This document shows, one piece after another, positions 42,110-50,493 of a DNA stretch of 64,000 nt. The stretch comes from an uncultured Cellvibrionales bacterium (GTDB taxonomy: Bacteria; Pseudomonadota; Gammaproteobacteria; Pseudomonadales; GM7GCV1), in the NCBI GenBank assembly GCA_913063225.1, contig CAJXYP010000002.1:21756-85755 (forward strand), given 5' to 3'. Each line of letters starts with the position of its first letter. Within the stretch, counting starts at the first letter, position 1. The notes under the pieces are model-generated. The model was not told the DNA's origin, did not search any database, and saw only the letters and a list, made by a program, of their open reading frames with translations. Made by a program: the position numbers and the translations under genes.

Positions 42110-43120
42110 TTGAGCACCTTTAATCTGAAACTCGAAAACACTACTTTGTCCTCGCTGCCCATCTCAATTATTGTCGTTTTATTAGTCATAGCAATTCTCG
42201 GTTTGGTATGGAGCTCGGACCGTTTTGTCGCTGGCGCTGCTGATATCGCGATGCAGTTAGGAGTGTCGCCCCTTGTAATAGGATTAACCCTGGTATCGAT
42301 AGGAACTTCAGCTCCGGAAATTCTAGTATCTGCTACCGCAGCTTTGAAAGGTGTTTCAGAATTAGCCGTGGGCAATGCGTTAGGGTCCAACCTTGCCAAC
42401 ACAGGTATGGTTTTGGCGATCACAGCGATAATTGTGAGCATTCCTGTCACTCGTCCAATAATTAAAAATGAACTTGTAGCTGTGCTATTAGTAACCCTGG
42501 CTGCAGGCCTGGTGTTATCTAATGGTTATCTTGGTAGAGCAGAGTGCATCGCTTTAATGGCCATTACGCCCCTGTTTCTCTATCTAACATTTCGACGGGG
42601 AGCTCTACCTGATGCTGAAGAACTAATTGGCTCCAGCGATATTCTGGCCAATCATCGACCAGTTAAGTCTTGGATAGCTCTGTTAATCGGGCTAATCGGA
42701 TTGGTTGGATTTTCTGATCTGCTGGTGCGAACTGCTGTGGAAACCGCTAGCAGGGCAGGTATTAGCGAGTTAATCATCGGAGCAACCGTAGTTGCTGTTG
42801 GCACAAGCCTTCCAGAGCTTGCAGCCTCACTAACCAGTGCATTTAAGGGGAAAACCGATATCGCCTTAGGCAATATTCTAGGTTCAAACATATTCAATCT
42901 CACCTTGGTTCTGCCCGTAGCGGGAATTATTCATCCCACCATTATCGATCCAGCGGCATTCACCCGGGATTTCGGCGTATTGATCTTTATTACTTTGTTT
43001 CTAGCTGCTATCTGTTTTCTAGGCATTGGAAAGTCGAAAAATTATTTTCATATTGGCAAGTTGCAGGGCACGGCCCTGCTAATCATCTACATTCTCTATT
43101 ACTATGTACTATTCGGGTAA
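42110..43120 (+). CDS. yrbG: CaCA-family Na+/Ca2+ exchanger-like membrane protein (YrbG)
   Basis: Two alpha-repeat motifs (GLTLVSIGTSAPE and GATVVAVGTSLPE). It is divergent from the mla locus and upstream of kdsD as in E. coli. Apparent TTG start. Confidence 0.85.
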   Translation: MSTFNLKLENTTLSSLPISIIVVLLVIAILGLVWSSDRFVAGAADIAMQLGVSPLVIGLTLVSIGTSAPEILVSATAALKGVSELAVGNALGSNLANTGMVLAITAIIVSIPVTRPIIKNELVAVLLVTLAAGLVLSNGYLGRAECIALMAITPLFLYLTFRRGALPDAEELIGSSDILANHRPVKSWIALLIGLIGLVGFSDLLVRTAVETASRAGISELIIGATVVAVGTSLPELAASLTSAFKGKTDIALGNILGSNIFNLTLVLPVAGIIHPTIIDPAAFTRDFGVLIFITLFLAAICFLGIGKSKNYFHIGKLQGTALLIIYILYYYVLFG

Positions 43121-43185
43121 TGAAGAAGATTTGTCATCTTGTGTATGTCATTAAAAGCCGAACTACTTAGGGGTACAGCGAGCAA

Positions 43186-44157
43186 ATGCCGGATTCAACA
43201 GACTATATAGCCTCCGCATTGCGCACCGTTCGTATAGAAACGGATGCCGTGCGCTCTTTGGAAGCGACGCTTGGAGAAGACTTCACTAAAGCCTGCGATC
43301 TGATGCTGAACTGCCGCGGAAGAGTGATAGTTTCGGGCATGGGCAAGTCAGGACATATCGGTCGAAAAATTGCCGCTACATTGGCGAGCACCGGCACTCC
43401 AGCTTTTTTTGTGCATCCGGGAGAAGCCGGTCACGGCGACCTTGGTATGGTCACCGAAGAAGATGTGGTGATAGGAATATCTTACAGTGGAACCTCGGTT
43501 GAATTATTAACCCTGCTACCTGTCATAAAGCGCATGGGCACCCCTTTAATCGGTATGAGCGGAAATATTCAGTCTCCTTTGGCAAAAGAGTCGGACGTGC
43601 ACCTCAGTATCAAAGTTGACACCGAAGCATGCCCACTAAATTTGGCCCCAACATCCAGCACTACGCTAACCATGGTACTAGGTGATTGTCTGGCGATAGC
43701 CCTTCTCGAAAAACGCGGATTCACAGCCGAAGATTTTGCCTTTTCGCACCCCTCCGGTGCCCTTGGTCGCAAACTGCTGCTCAAGGTTGAAGACATCATG
43801 CATTCGGGAAATGAGATCCCCGAATGCCACCCTGATCAGCCGCTTAAAGAAGCCTTGATGGTGATGACAGAAAAAGGTCTGGGTATTACGTTAATTACCG
43901 AAAATGACCACCTTGCTGGCGTGTTTACAGACGGTGATTTGCGAAGAGTATTTGACACAGATACTGATATGCGCAGCAGCCCAATTAGAGAAATGATGAA
44001 CAGTAACCCCAAGACTATTCAACACCATATGCTGGCGGCTCAGGCGTTGGGTTATATGGAAGATCATAAAATTACCGCTGTGGTCGTGGTTGACGCTGAG
44101 CAACAGCCAATTGGCGTGCTGCATATGCACGACATCCTGCGCGCAGGAGTGGTGTAG
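43186..44157 (+). CDS. kdsD: Arabinose-5-phosphate isomerase KdsD (SIS plus tandem CBS domains)
   Basis: GRVIVSGMGKSGHIGRKIAATLASTGTPAFFVHPGEAGHGDLGM and a C-terminal CBS pair. Confidence 0.93.
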   Translation: MPDSTDYIASALRTVRIETDAVRSLEATLGEDFTKACDLMLNCRGRVIVSGMGKSGHIGRKIAATLASTGTPAFFVHPGEAGHGDLGMVTEEDVVIGISYSGTSVELLTLLPVIKRMGTPLIGMSGNIQSPLAKESDVHLSIKVDTEACPLNLAPTSSTTLTMVLGDCLAIALLEKRGFTAEDFAFSHPSGALGRKLLLKVEDIMHSGNEIPECHPDQPLKEALMVMTEKGLGITLITENDHLAGVFTDGDLRRVFDTDTDMRSSPIREMMNSNPKTIQHHMLAAQALGYMEDHKITAVVVVDAEQQPIGVLHMHDILRAGVV

Positions 44158-44402
44158 TCCGAATATTTCATAAAGGCGCGCCTAGAAGAATATTATAATG
44201 ATTAATTACAAGTACTCGATTCTTATCAAATGCACATTGTGCAAATTAGCCTACGCGCTATTTGGTATTATGCCCAAGCTGGCGTTGCATCTTGCACGAT
44301 CCCCCTTGAACCATAGTTACGACTATGCTTTTGCGGATGATCGCACAACCTGCTTAGCCAGCTCGAGCCTAACAACCAAATCCTTCATGAGATGTCCGGG
44401 CG

Positions 44403-44936
44403 ATGAACGCTAAACTAAAATCAAAGCTCAAAAACTGTCGACTGCTGGTAACGGATGTCGATGGCGTGCTGACTGATGGAAAAATCACCTACAGTAGCGC
44501 AGGTGAAGAATTGAAATCATTCCACATTCACGACGGGCTGGGTCTAAAAATGATTCAAAATGCCGGCCTGCAGACCGCCATTATTACTGGCCGCACCTCC
44601 CCTATGGTTGAGCGCCGAGTAAAAGAACTAGGGATTGAGCATCTGATTCAAGGTCGCGAAGATAAGAGTATTGCTCTCTCTGCACTTTGCAACGAACTGG
44701 ATATCCCGTTAGAAAATTGCCTTTACGTTGGTGATGATTTGCCTGACCTTAAGGCCATTATTATTGCAGGAATAGGTGTGGCGCCAGCAGACGCAAATGC
44801 CGTTGTAAAAAAATGCGCCGACTATAGTTGCCTTCTCGGTGGCGGCGCCGGTGTGATCAGAGAAGTTTGCGAGCTTTTATTAGATGCCAAGGGTCTGTTG
44901 ACCAATATACATGCCAGTTATGGAAGCGAAGATTGA
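44403..44936 (+). CDS. kdsC: 3-deoxy-D-manno-octulosonate 8-phosphate phosphatase KdsC
   Basis: HAD motif I LLVTDVDGVLTDG and YVGDDLPD motif; expected position. Confidence 0.9.
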   Translation: MNAKLKSKLKNCRLLVTDVDGVLTDGKITYSSAGEELKSFHIHDGLGLKMIQNAGLQTAIITGRTSPMVERRVKELGIEHLIQGREDKSIALSALCNELDIPLENCLYVGDDLPDLKAIIIAGIGVAPADANAVVKKCADYSCLLGGGAGVIREVCELLLDAKGLLTNIHASYGSED

Positions 44937-45496
44937 ATAACCGTCTACACTTTTATCTACTCGCCCTAACCCCTCTTCTTCTTACATTCCTGGTCTGGGA
45001 TTTGAATCTTAATGTCACTCTCACCGAGCCAACTAACGCTTCAGCCAATACTAATATACCCGATGCCATAGTCGAGAACCCGCGTGTTAGCCAATACGAC
45101 CTATCGGGAAATTTACAACAACTGGTAGAAGGCAGAGAGTTACTAAGTTTTAGGCATGGAGATCGATTGCAGGTTGAAGAACCCCGATTTTATCTCACAG
45201 AAGCATCCGGAGATTTGTGGCATATATCCGCGGCTAGAGGATTCTTCCAAGAACAGCTGAGTACATTTGAGCTCGAAGGCGACGTGGAGATGTTTAGGCA
45301 GTCCGAAGAATTACCCATTAACTTTTCAACTAGCAACCTTGAAATCGACCTGAATCTCCATATGATTCACACCGCATCAAATATAACTATTCAAGCCCCT
45401 GGTCACCGAGTTTCTGGAACCGGCTTTGAGGCGAATTTGAGCACAAACCAATTTAGGATTCTCGACCGAGTAAATGCGATCCATGATTCTCTCTAA
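44933..45496 (+). CDS. lptC: LPS export protein LptC
   Basis: N-terminal TM helix (LHFYLLALTPLLLTFLVW) plus an OstA-like beta-jellyroll, located between kdsC and lptA. There is no ATG after the kdsC stop, so a TTG at 44933 is assumed. The start is uncertain. Confidence 0.7.
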   Translation: MNNRLHFYLLALTPLLLTFLVWDLNLNVTLTEPTNASANTNIPDAIVENPRVSQYDLSGNLQQLVEGRELLSFRHGDRLQVEEPRFYLTEASGDLWHISAARGFFQEQLSTFELEGDVEMFRQSEELPINFSTSNLEIDLNLHMIHTASNITIQAPGHRVSGTGFEANLSTNQFRILDRVNAIHDSL

Positions 45497-45995
45497 GATC
45501 ATCATATTCATGCTTCTTGTGATAGCGAGTCCGCTGTCACTAATTGCGCTTGAAACGGACCGTGATCAACCTGTGGAAATAGAATCCGACTCGGCAGAAT
45601 TTGATGAGCTGGGAGGTTTAACCACCTACCGAGGTAATGTTCGTTTGCTGCAAGGCTCGATCGAACTTCTCGCCGACGAAATTCAGCTCCGCACAGTGTC
45701 CGATCAAATTGTAGAGCTGGTCGCTTTAGGCAACCCCGCTCAGTATGAACAGCTGCCGGAGCCTGATGCTGAAAAATTGATCGCCAGAAGTAACAAAATT
45801 CGATACCTCTTGGAAGAAGATCTAATTGAGTTAAGCGGCAACGCTAGCCTTTCTCAGCAGGGAACTACGCTTAGCGGCGGCACCATACTTTACGACGTAC
45901 GCCAGCATATTTTGCGGGCCTCATCAGACACTTCTGAACAAGACATCACTGAACGCGTGCGGGTAGTGCTTCCACCCTTGGGCGCGGAACGCTAA
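45474..45995 (+). CDS. lptA: Periplasmic LPS transport protein LptA
   Basis: Signal peptide followed by the OstA N-terminal domain ([15 protein letters not shown]...TYRGNV). Confidence 0.85.
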   Translation: MRSMILSKIIIFMLLVIASPLSLIALETDRDQPVEIESDSAEFDELGGLTTYRGNVRLLQGSIELLADEIQLRTVSDQIVELVALGNPAQYEQLPEPDAEKLIARSNKIRYLLEEDLIELSGNASLSQQGTTLSGGTILYDVRQHILRASSDTSEQDITERVRVVLPPLGAER

Positions 45996-45997
45996 GC

Positions 45998-46738
45998 GTG
46001 ACAGAAGCCCAGCCACATTCTCTGAAAATTGAATCGATCAAAAAAAGCTACGGCCGTCGACAAATAATCAAAGACGTTTCCTTAGAAGTAACCTCTGGTC
46101 AGATTGTCGGGCTTCTGGGTCCAAATGGAGCAGGGAAAACCACCTGTTTCTACATGATTGCCGGACTTGTTGCTGCCGATGGCGGGCGAATACTCCTAAA
46201 TGACGACAATTTGGCGTCTCTCAGCATGCATGAACGAGCACGCCGCGGCATTGGCTACCTTCCTCAGGAAGCGTCCGTGTTCAGAAAACTATCTGTTCGA
46301 GAAAATATTCTCAGCGTAATGCAATTACGCAAAGAGCTATCCAAACAAGAAAGATCAGAGCAAACCCAGTCGCTTCTAGAAGAATTCAATATTGCTCATA
46401 TCGCTGACAGCCTCGGTGCGGCCTTATCCGGAGGTGAACGGCGAAGAGTGGAAATTGCTCGAGCGCTGGCCGCTGAACCGAGTTTTATCCTATTAGACGA
46501 GCCCTTTGCTGGCGTCGACCCAGTTTCCGTTGGCGATATCAAAAAGATAATCGAGCACCTCTGCCAAAGGGGCATTGGCGTGCTGATTACCGACCACAAT
46601 GTCCGGGAAACATTATCCCTTTGCGACTGCGCTTACATTGTGGGTGAAGGGGTAATTTTGGCGTCCGGCACCACCGAGGACATCATGCAGAATTCGAAAG
46701 TTCGAGAAGTCTATTTGGGCGAAGACTTCCGACTATAA
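45998..46738 (+). CDS. lptB: LPS export ABC transporter ATPase LptB
   Basis: Walker [10 protein letters not shown], signature LSGGERRR and Walker [13 protein letters not shown] start. Confidence 0.95.
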   Translation: MTEAQPHSLKIESIKKSYGRRQIIKDVSLEVTSGQIVGLLGPNGAGKTTCFYMIAGLVAADGGRILLNDDNLASLSMHERARRGIGYLPQEASVFRKLSVRENILSVMQLRKELSKQERSEQTQSLLEEFNIAHIADSLGAALSGGERRRVEIARALAAEPSFILLDEPFAGVDPVSVGDIKKIIEHLCQRGIGVLITDHNVRETLSLCDCAYIVGEGVILASGTTEDIMQNSKVREVYLGEDFRL

Positions 46739-46837
46739 GCCTCTGCATTAAATAGTGCTCTATTTTAAGCTCTATCAATTGCGTAGCCCATCAGGCATAG
46801 CTAAAATCTAGCAGTAATAGTTCATCACAGAGTGGTA

Positions 46838-48253
46838 ATGAAGCAGTCCCTCCACATTGGTTTAGGTCAACAGTTAAGAATGACGCCTCAGCTTCAACAG
46901 GCGATCCGTCTGTTGCAACTGTCATCTATCGACCTTCAACAAGAAATTCAAGAATGCCTCTATTCCAACCCCCTGTTGGAGGTGGAAGAAAACCCCGAAA
47001 ACCCAGATGAATCTGGCGATATTGATGCCGAATTACCAAAAGTTGAGATAGAGCAGAAAACGGAAGACTTTGAGTATTCAAGTCGAGAGGGCGTAACTCC
47101 TTCTCAAGGCTCAGGAAATGACTTCCCCGTTCGTGAGGACGCCGCGGAAGAGAGCCTTAGAGACCACCTTTGCTGGCAACTCAACCTAACGAATATGTCC
47201 CCCCTAGATCGCGAAATTGGTCTAACCATAATTGACGCTATCGATAACACTGGATTACTTAGCTCCAGCATCGAAGATCTAATGCAGAGCGTAGTAACTC
47301 CTGAAGAAGAGCTAGAAGATGAACTGGAAGAAGATGATGTGCTCTCCGTTCTGTATAGAATTCAGAAGTTTGATCCACCAGGCGTTGCTGCAAGAGATCT
47401 AAAAGAATGTTTGCTCGTGCAATTGAGCTTACTGCCGGAAACCGGCGCTGTAGAAACTGCCATAGATTTGGTAGAGAGGCACCTTGAAGCACTTACCAAA
47501 CTAGGCCTTGAGGGCATTTCAAAAAGGGTCAGACGGCCGGTAGAAGAAATCGAAGAGGCTTATCAGGTTATTAAGTCCCTGAACCCAAAACCGGGATACA
47601 GCTATAGCTCGGACAGCTCAGACTATATCCTGCCTGATCTAAGCCTGGTAAAAAGAGAAGGCGTCTGGACGGTCATTCTAAATAGCAACTCAATTCCAAA
47701 ACTTCGTTTGAACGAACAGTACGCAGAAATGGTCAAACAAACAGACCAACCACAAACGCGAGACTACTTGAGATCAAACTTACAAGAAGCCAAATGGTTC
47801 CTTCGCAGCTTAGAAAGCCGAAACGACACACTCTTACGCGTAGGTCAGGCCATTGTTGAATATCAGATGGCATTTTTTGAAGAAGGCGAAGAAGCCATGA
47901 AGCCACTTATCCTGAAAGATCTCGCTGAAAAACTAGAGCTTCATGAAAGCACTATATCTCGCGCCACCAATCAAAAATACATGGCCAGTCCACGTGGTGT
48001 ATTCGAATTAAAATATTTCTTTTCCAGCCAGCTTGCTACGTCTTCGGGAGGCGAATGCTCGTCTACAGCGATTCGGGCCCTAATCAGTAAGTTGGTTAAG
48101 GCTGAAAACCCTAAAAAGCCGCTTAGTGATAACGCCCTAACATCCAAACTAGCTGAGGATGGCGTCGTCATAGCTCGACGAACTATTGCCAAATATAGGG
48201 AGATGCTCGGTATCCTTCCGTCGAGCCAAAGAAAAAGATTAATTGACAATTAA
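46838..48253 (+). CDS. rpoN: RNA polymerase sigma-54 factor
   Basis: N-terminal Gln/Leu-rich region MKQSL..LGQQL.MTPQLQQAIRLLQLS and the C-terminal RpoN box ARRTIAKYRE. Confidence 0.96.
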   Translation: MKQSLHIGLGQQLRMTPQLQQAIRLLQLSSIDLQQEIQECLYSNPLLEVEENPENPDESGDIDAELPKVEIEQKTEDFEYSSREGVTPSQGSGNDFPVREDAAEESLRDHLCWQLNLTNMSPLDREIGLTIIDAIDNTGLLSSSIEDLMQSVVTPEEELEDELEEDDVLSVLYRIQKFDPPGVAARDLKECLLVQLSLLPETGAVETAIDLVERHLEALTKLGLEGISKRVRRPVEEIEEAYQVIKSLNPKPGYSYSSDSSDYILPDLSLVKREGVWTVILNSNSIPKLRLNEQYAEMVKQTDQPQTRDYLRSNLQEAKWFLRSLESRNDTLLRVGQAIVEYQMAFFEEGEEAMKPLILKDLAEKLELHESTISRATNQKYMASPRGVFELKYFFSSQLATSSGGECSSTAIRALISKLVKAENPKKPLSDNALTSKLAEDGVVIARRTIAKYREMLGILPSSQRKRLIDN

Positions 48254-48321
48254 CCCTCATCTAAAAAATCCCCTGGGGCACACTTCGTGCTCCGTATCTT
48301 GCACTCAGAAGGAGTATTCGT

Positions 48322-48609
48322 ATGCAACTTACCATTAGCGGCCATCATCTGGACCTTACCGATGCACTAAATCACCATGTCACAAGTAAAGTGACAAAAC
48401 TGGCGAAACATAACGATAGTATTACCAATGCCCATGTCATCCTTAGCGTTGAAAAGTTGGTTCAAAAAGCGGAAGCCACCATTCATATTTCAGGGGCCGA
48501 TTTATTTGCTGAAGCGGAGTCGGAAGATATGTATGCCGCAATTGATGACCTTGCGGGCAAGCTTGATCGCCAATTGATTAAACATAAAGAAAAACATAGA
48601 GACCACTAA
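48322..48609 (+). CDS. hpf: Ribosome hibernation promoting factor (short HPF/YhbH type)
   Basis: MQLTISGHHLDLTDALNHHV... is a typical HPF/RaiA fold start; downstream of rpoN. Confidence 0.9.
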   Translation: MQLTISGHHLDLTDALNHHVTSKVTKLAKHNDSITNAHVILSVEKLVQKAEATIHISGADLFAEAESEDMYAAIDDLAGKLDRQLIKHKEKHRDH

Positions 48610-48790
48610 AACCCTGATCAAAAAAAGGATTTTCGGAGAAATTTAACCGAATTTTTCCGGGAATCCTAATTCCGCAAAGCCAACAAAGCCATTCTCGGAG
48701 TTTCATTACGCTCTATACCAAGCTAAAATCCGTTTTTTGTTGGCTGTTCCCTAGGAATTGGCCTGTTAGCTCGCTTACAAGCTCATATCT

Positions 48791-49243
48791 ATGCAATTGG
48801 CATCTTTTATAAACCCCAACTTAGTTCTCTGTCATCTTTCAGCGAGCAGTAAGAAACGTCTTTTCGAATCTGTCGCTGGCACCATTGCAGAGCAATGCCC
48901 GGAAGTGTCTGAAACAACCATCTTCGACGGGCTGTTTACCCGTGAACGTTTGGGTTCCACTGGTTTGGGCGATGGCGTAGCGGTTCCACACTGCCGCATC
49001 ACCGAGACCGAAGCAGATTGTTGTGCCGTTGTTAGCTTGGAAGAGCCCATCAGCTTTGATGCACCTGACAACCAACCCGTAGACCTTTTAGTATTTCTGG
49101 TGGTTAGTGGCGAAGCGTGCCAGGACCACTTAGACCGCCTGGCAATAGTAGCCAAGTCATTCTCAGACCCAGACTTCAGGCAATCCGTTCGAGATTCCAG
49201 ATCAAATGAAGAACTTAAAAGCCTTATCTTTGCCAAGAGTTAA
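48791..49243 (+). CDS. ptsN: Nitrogen-related PTS component EIIA-Ntr
   Basis: RERLGSTGLGDGVAVPHCR contains the phosphorylatable His motif of the EIIA (fructose/Ntr) family. Confidence 0.9.
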   Translation: MQLASFINPNLVLCHLSASSKKRLFESVAGTIAEQCPEVSETTIFDGLFTRERLGSTGLGDGVAVPHCRITETEADCCAVVSLEEPISFDAPDNQPVDLLVFLVVSGEACQDHLDRLAIVAKSFSDPDFRQSVRDSRSNEELKSLIFAKS

Positions 49244-49279
49244 ACTAACCAGCCTACGGGCAGTTTGGATGAAACCAAG

Positions 49280-50158
49280 ATGCAACTTCTAATTGTTACC
49301 GGTAGGTCTGGTTCCGGAAAAAGTTCTGCACTAAATTTACTTGAAGATGCCGGCTTTTATTGCATGGACAATTTTCCCGTGTATTTCCTAAAAGACTTAT
49401 TTGATAAACCAGATGGTTCCAGCGCAGGGCCTAGTCCTCAAAAAACATCAAATAAAAAATTTGGCATCAGCGTCGATGTTCGGGCTACAGAAGCCGAGAT
49501 AGCAGTCTTACCTGAAACTCTCAGCTTGCTATCCAAACAGGGCGTGTCATCGGAGGTACTTTTTCTCGACGCAGACACACCTACTCTGATGCGACGTTTT
49601 AGTGAAACACGCCGAAAGCATCCTCTCACTGACTCAACAACGGATCTCAAAGCCGCCTTAAGCATGGAGTCTAATATTCTGGCACCGCTCCTAAATATCG
49701 CAGATGCCACAATAAACACCAGCTCCTTAGCTCCGGGAATGCTTGCCGATGCTCTGGAAAAACGTTTTCTGTTGGACAAAGGTGATGAGCTACTCTTAGT
49801 CGTCGAATCCTTTGGATTTAAAAAGGGTGTGCCCATGGATGCGGACTTTATTTTCGATGTACGTTGCTTACCCAACCCTTATTGGATTCCTGAATTGCGC
49901 GCTTATTCTGGGCAAGATACCGAAGTAAGAGATTATTTAGCTGAGCAGGATGACGTCAAAAAAATGATCGGCTCTATCTCCGATTTTATAACCACCTGGA
50001 TAGACTCATTTAAACAAGGCTCGCGTAGTTATTTGACCATTGGCATAGGTTGCACAGGCGGCAGGCACAGGTCCGTATTTGTGGCCGACCAAGTTACGCT
50101 TAGACTGAATGAGATACACTCTAAGGTCATGGCCCGCCACAGAGACCTAGATAATTGA
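49280..50158 (+). CDS. rapZ: RNase adapter protein RapZ
   Basis: From the ATG at 49280, MQLLIVTGRSGSGKSSALNLLEDAGFYCMDNFP aligns with the E. coli RapZ N-terminus. C-terminal CTGGRHRSV motif. Confidence 0.93.
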   Translation: MQLLIVTGRSGSGKSSALNLLEDAGFYCMDNFPVYFLKDLFDKPDGSSAGPSPQKTSNKKFGISVDVRATEAEIAVLPETLSLLSKQGVSSEVLFLDADTPTLMRRFSETRRKHPLTDSTTDLKAALSMESNILAPLLNIADATINTSSLAPGMLADALEKRFLLDKGDELLLVVESFGFKKGVPMDADFIFDVRCLPNPYWIPELRAYSGQDTEVRDYLAEQDDVKKMIGSISDFITTWIDSFKQGSRSYLTIGIGCTGGRHRSVFVADQVTLRLNEIHSKVMARHRDLDN

Positions 50159-50427
50159 TCTGCGAAAAAATCACTATTGTGAATAAACTTGGCTTACATG
50201 CGAGAGCCTCTGCAAAGCTTGCCCAGCATGCGGCCCAGTTTAGTTCCAAGGTGGAGCTCGGCCCCGAAGAATCTTCGGTTGTGGACTGTAAAAGCATTAT
50301 GGCTTTGATGATGATGGCCGCAGGAATCGGCACACAAATGGTATTACGAGTCGAAGGTGATGATGAAGACCTCGCTTTCAAAGATATATCTGATCTAATT
50401 GAAGATAAGTTTGGCGAGGGCGAATAG
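50155..50427 (+). CDS. ptsO: HPr-like phosphocarrier protein NPr
   Basis: TIVNKLGLHARASAKL has the HPr active-site His context. The apparent TTG start overlaps the rapZ stop. Confidence 0.85.
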   Translation: MICEKITIVNKLGLHARASAKLAQHAAQFSSKVELGPEESSVVDCKSIMALMMMAAGIGTQMVLRVEGDDEDLAFKDISDLIEDKFGEGE

Positions 50428-50445
50428 CCTTAAGTCGCACTAAAT

Positions 50446-50476
50446 AAAAAGCCACCCGATCGGGTGGCTTTTTATT
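50446..50476. terminator. Bidirectional rho-independent terminator between npr (+) and the TonB-dependent receptor (-)
   Basis: aaaaa-GCCACCC-gatc-GGGTGGC-ttttt; stem at 50451-50457 pairing with 50462-50468. Confidence 0.8.
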
Positions 50477-50493
50477 TTCACATTATTTATCGC

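Noticed and set aside
42043-42450. 135-aa minus-strand ORF overlapping the yrbG start
   Set aside because: It is antisense to a well-supported CaCA transporter gene and its composition mirrors the hydrophobic codons of the sense strand. It would also overlap the mlaC start. There is no independent support.
44280-44296. Sigma54-type promoter-like element TGGCGT...TTGCA upstream of kdsC
   Set aside because: The GG-to-GC spacing is one nucleotide longer than the strict -24/-12 consensus, and the -24 element is TGGCGT rather than TGGCAC. That is not enough for a promoter call.
44198-44413. 71-aa ORF in the kdsD-kdsC spacer
   Set aside because: It has no RBS, an odd composition, and overlaps the kdsC start. 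I treat the region as non-coding spacer (see the finding) rather than as a gene.
48610-48790. 180-nt hpf-ptsN spacer with an imperfect inverted repeat (ggattttcgg...ccgaatttttcc)
   Set aside because: The stem is imperfect, and a sizeable hpf-ptsN gap is, as far as I recall, normal in enterobacteria. Nothing is clearly unusual.
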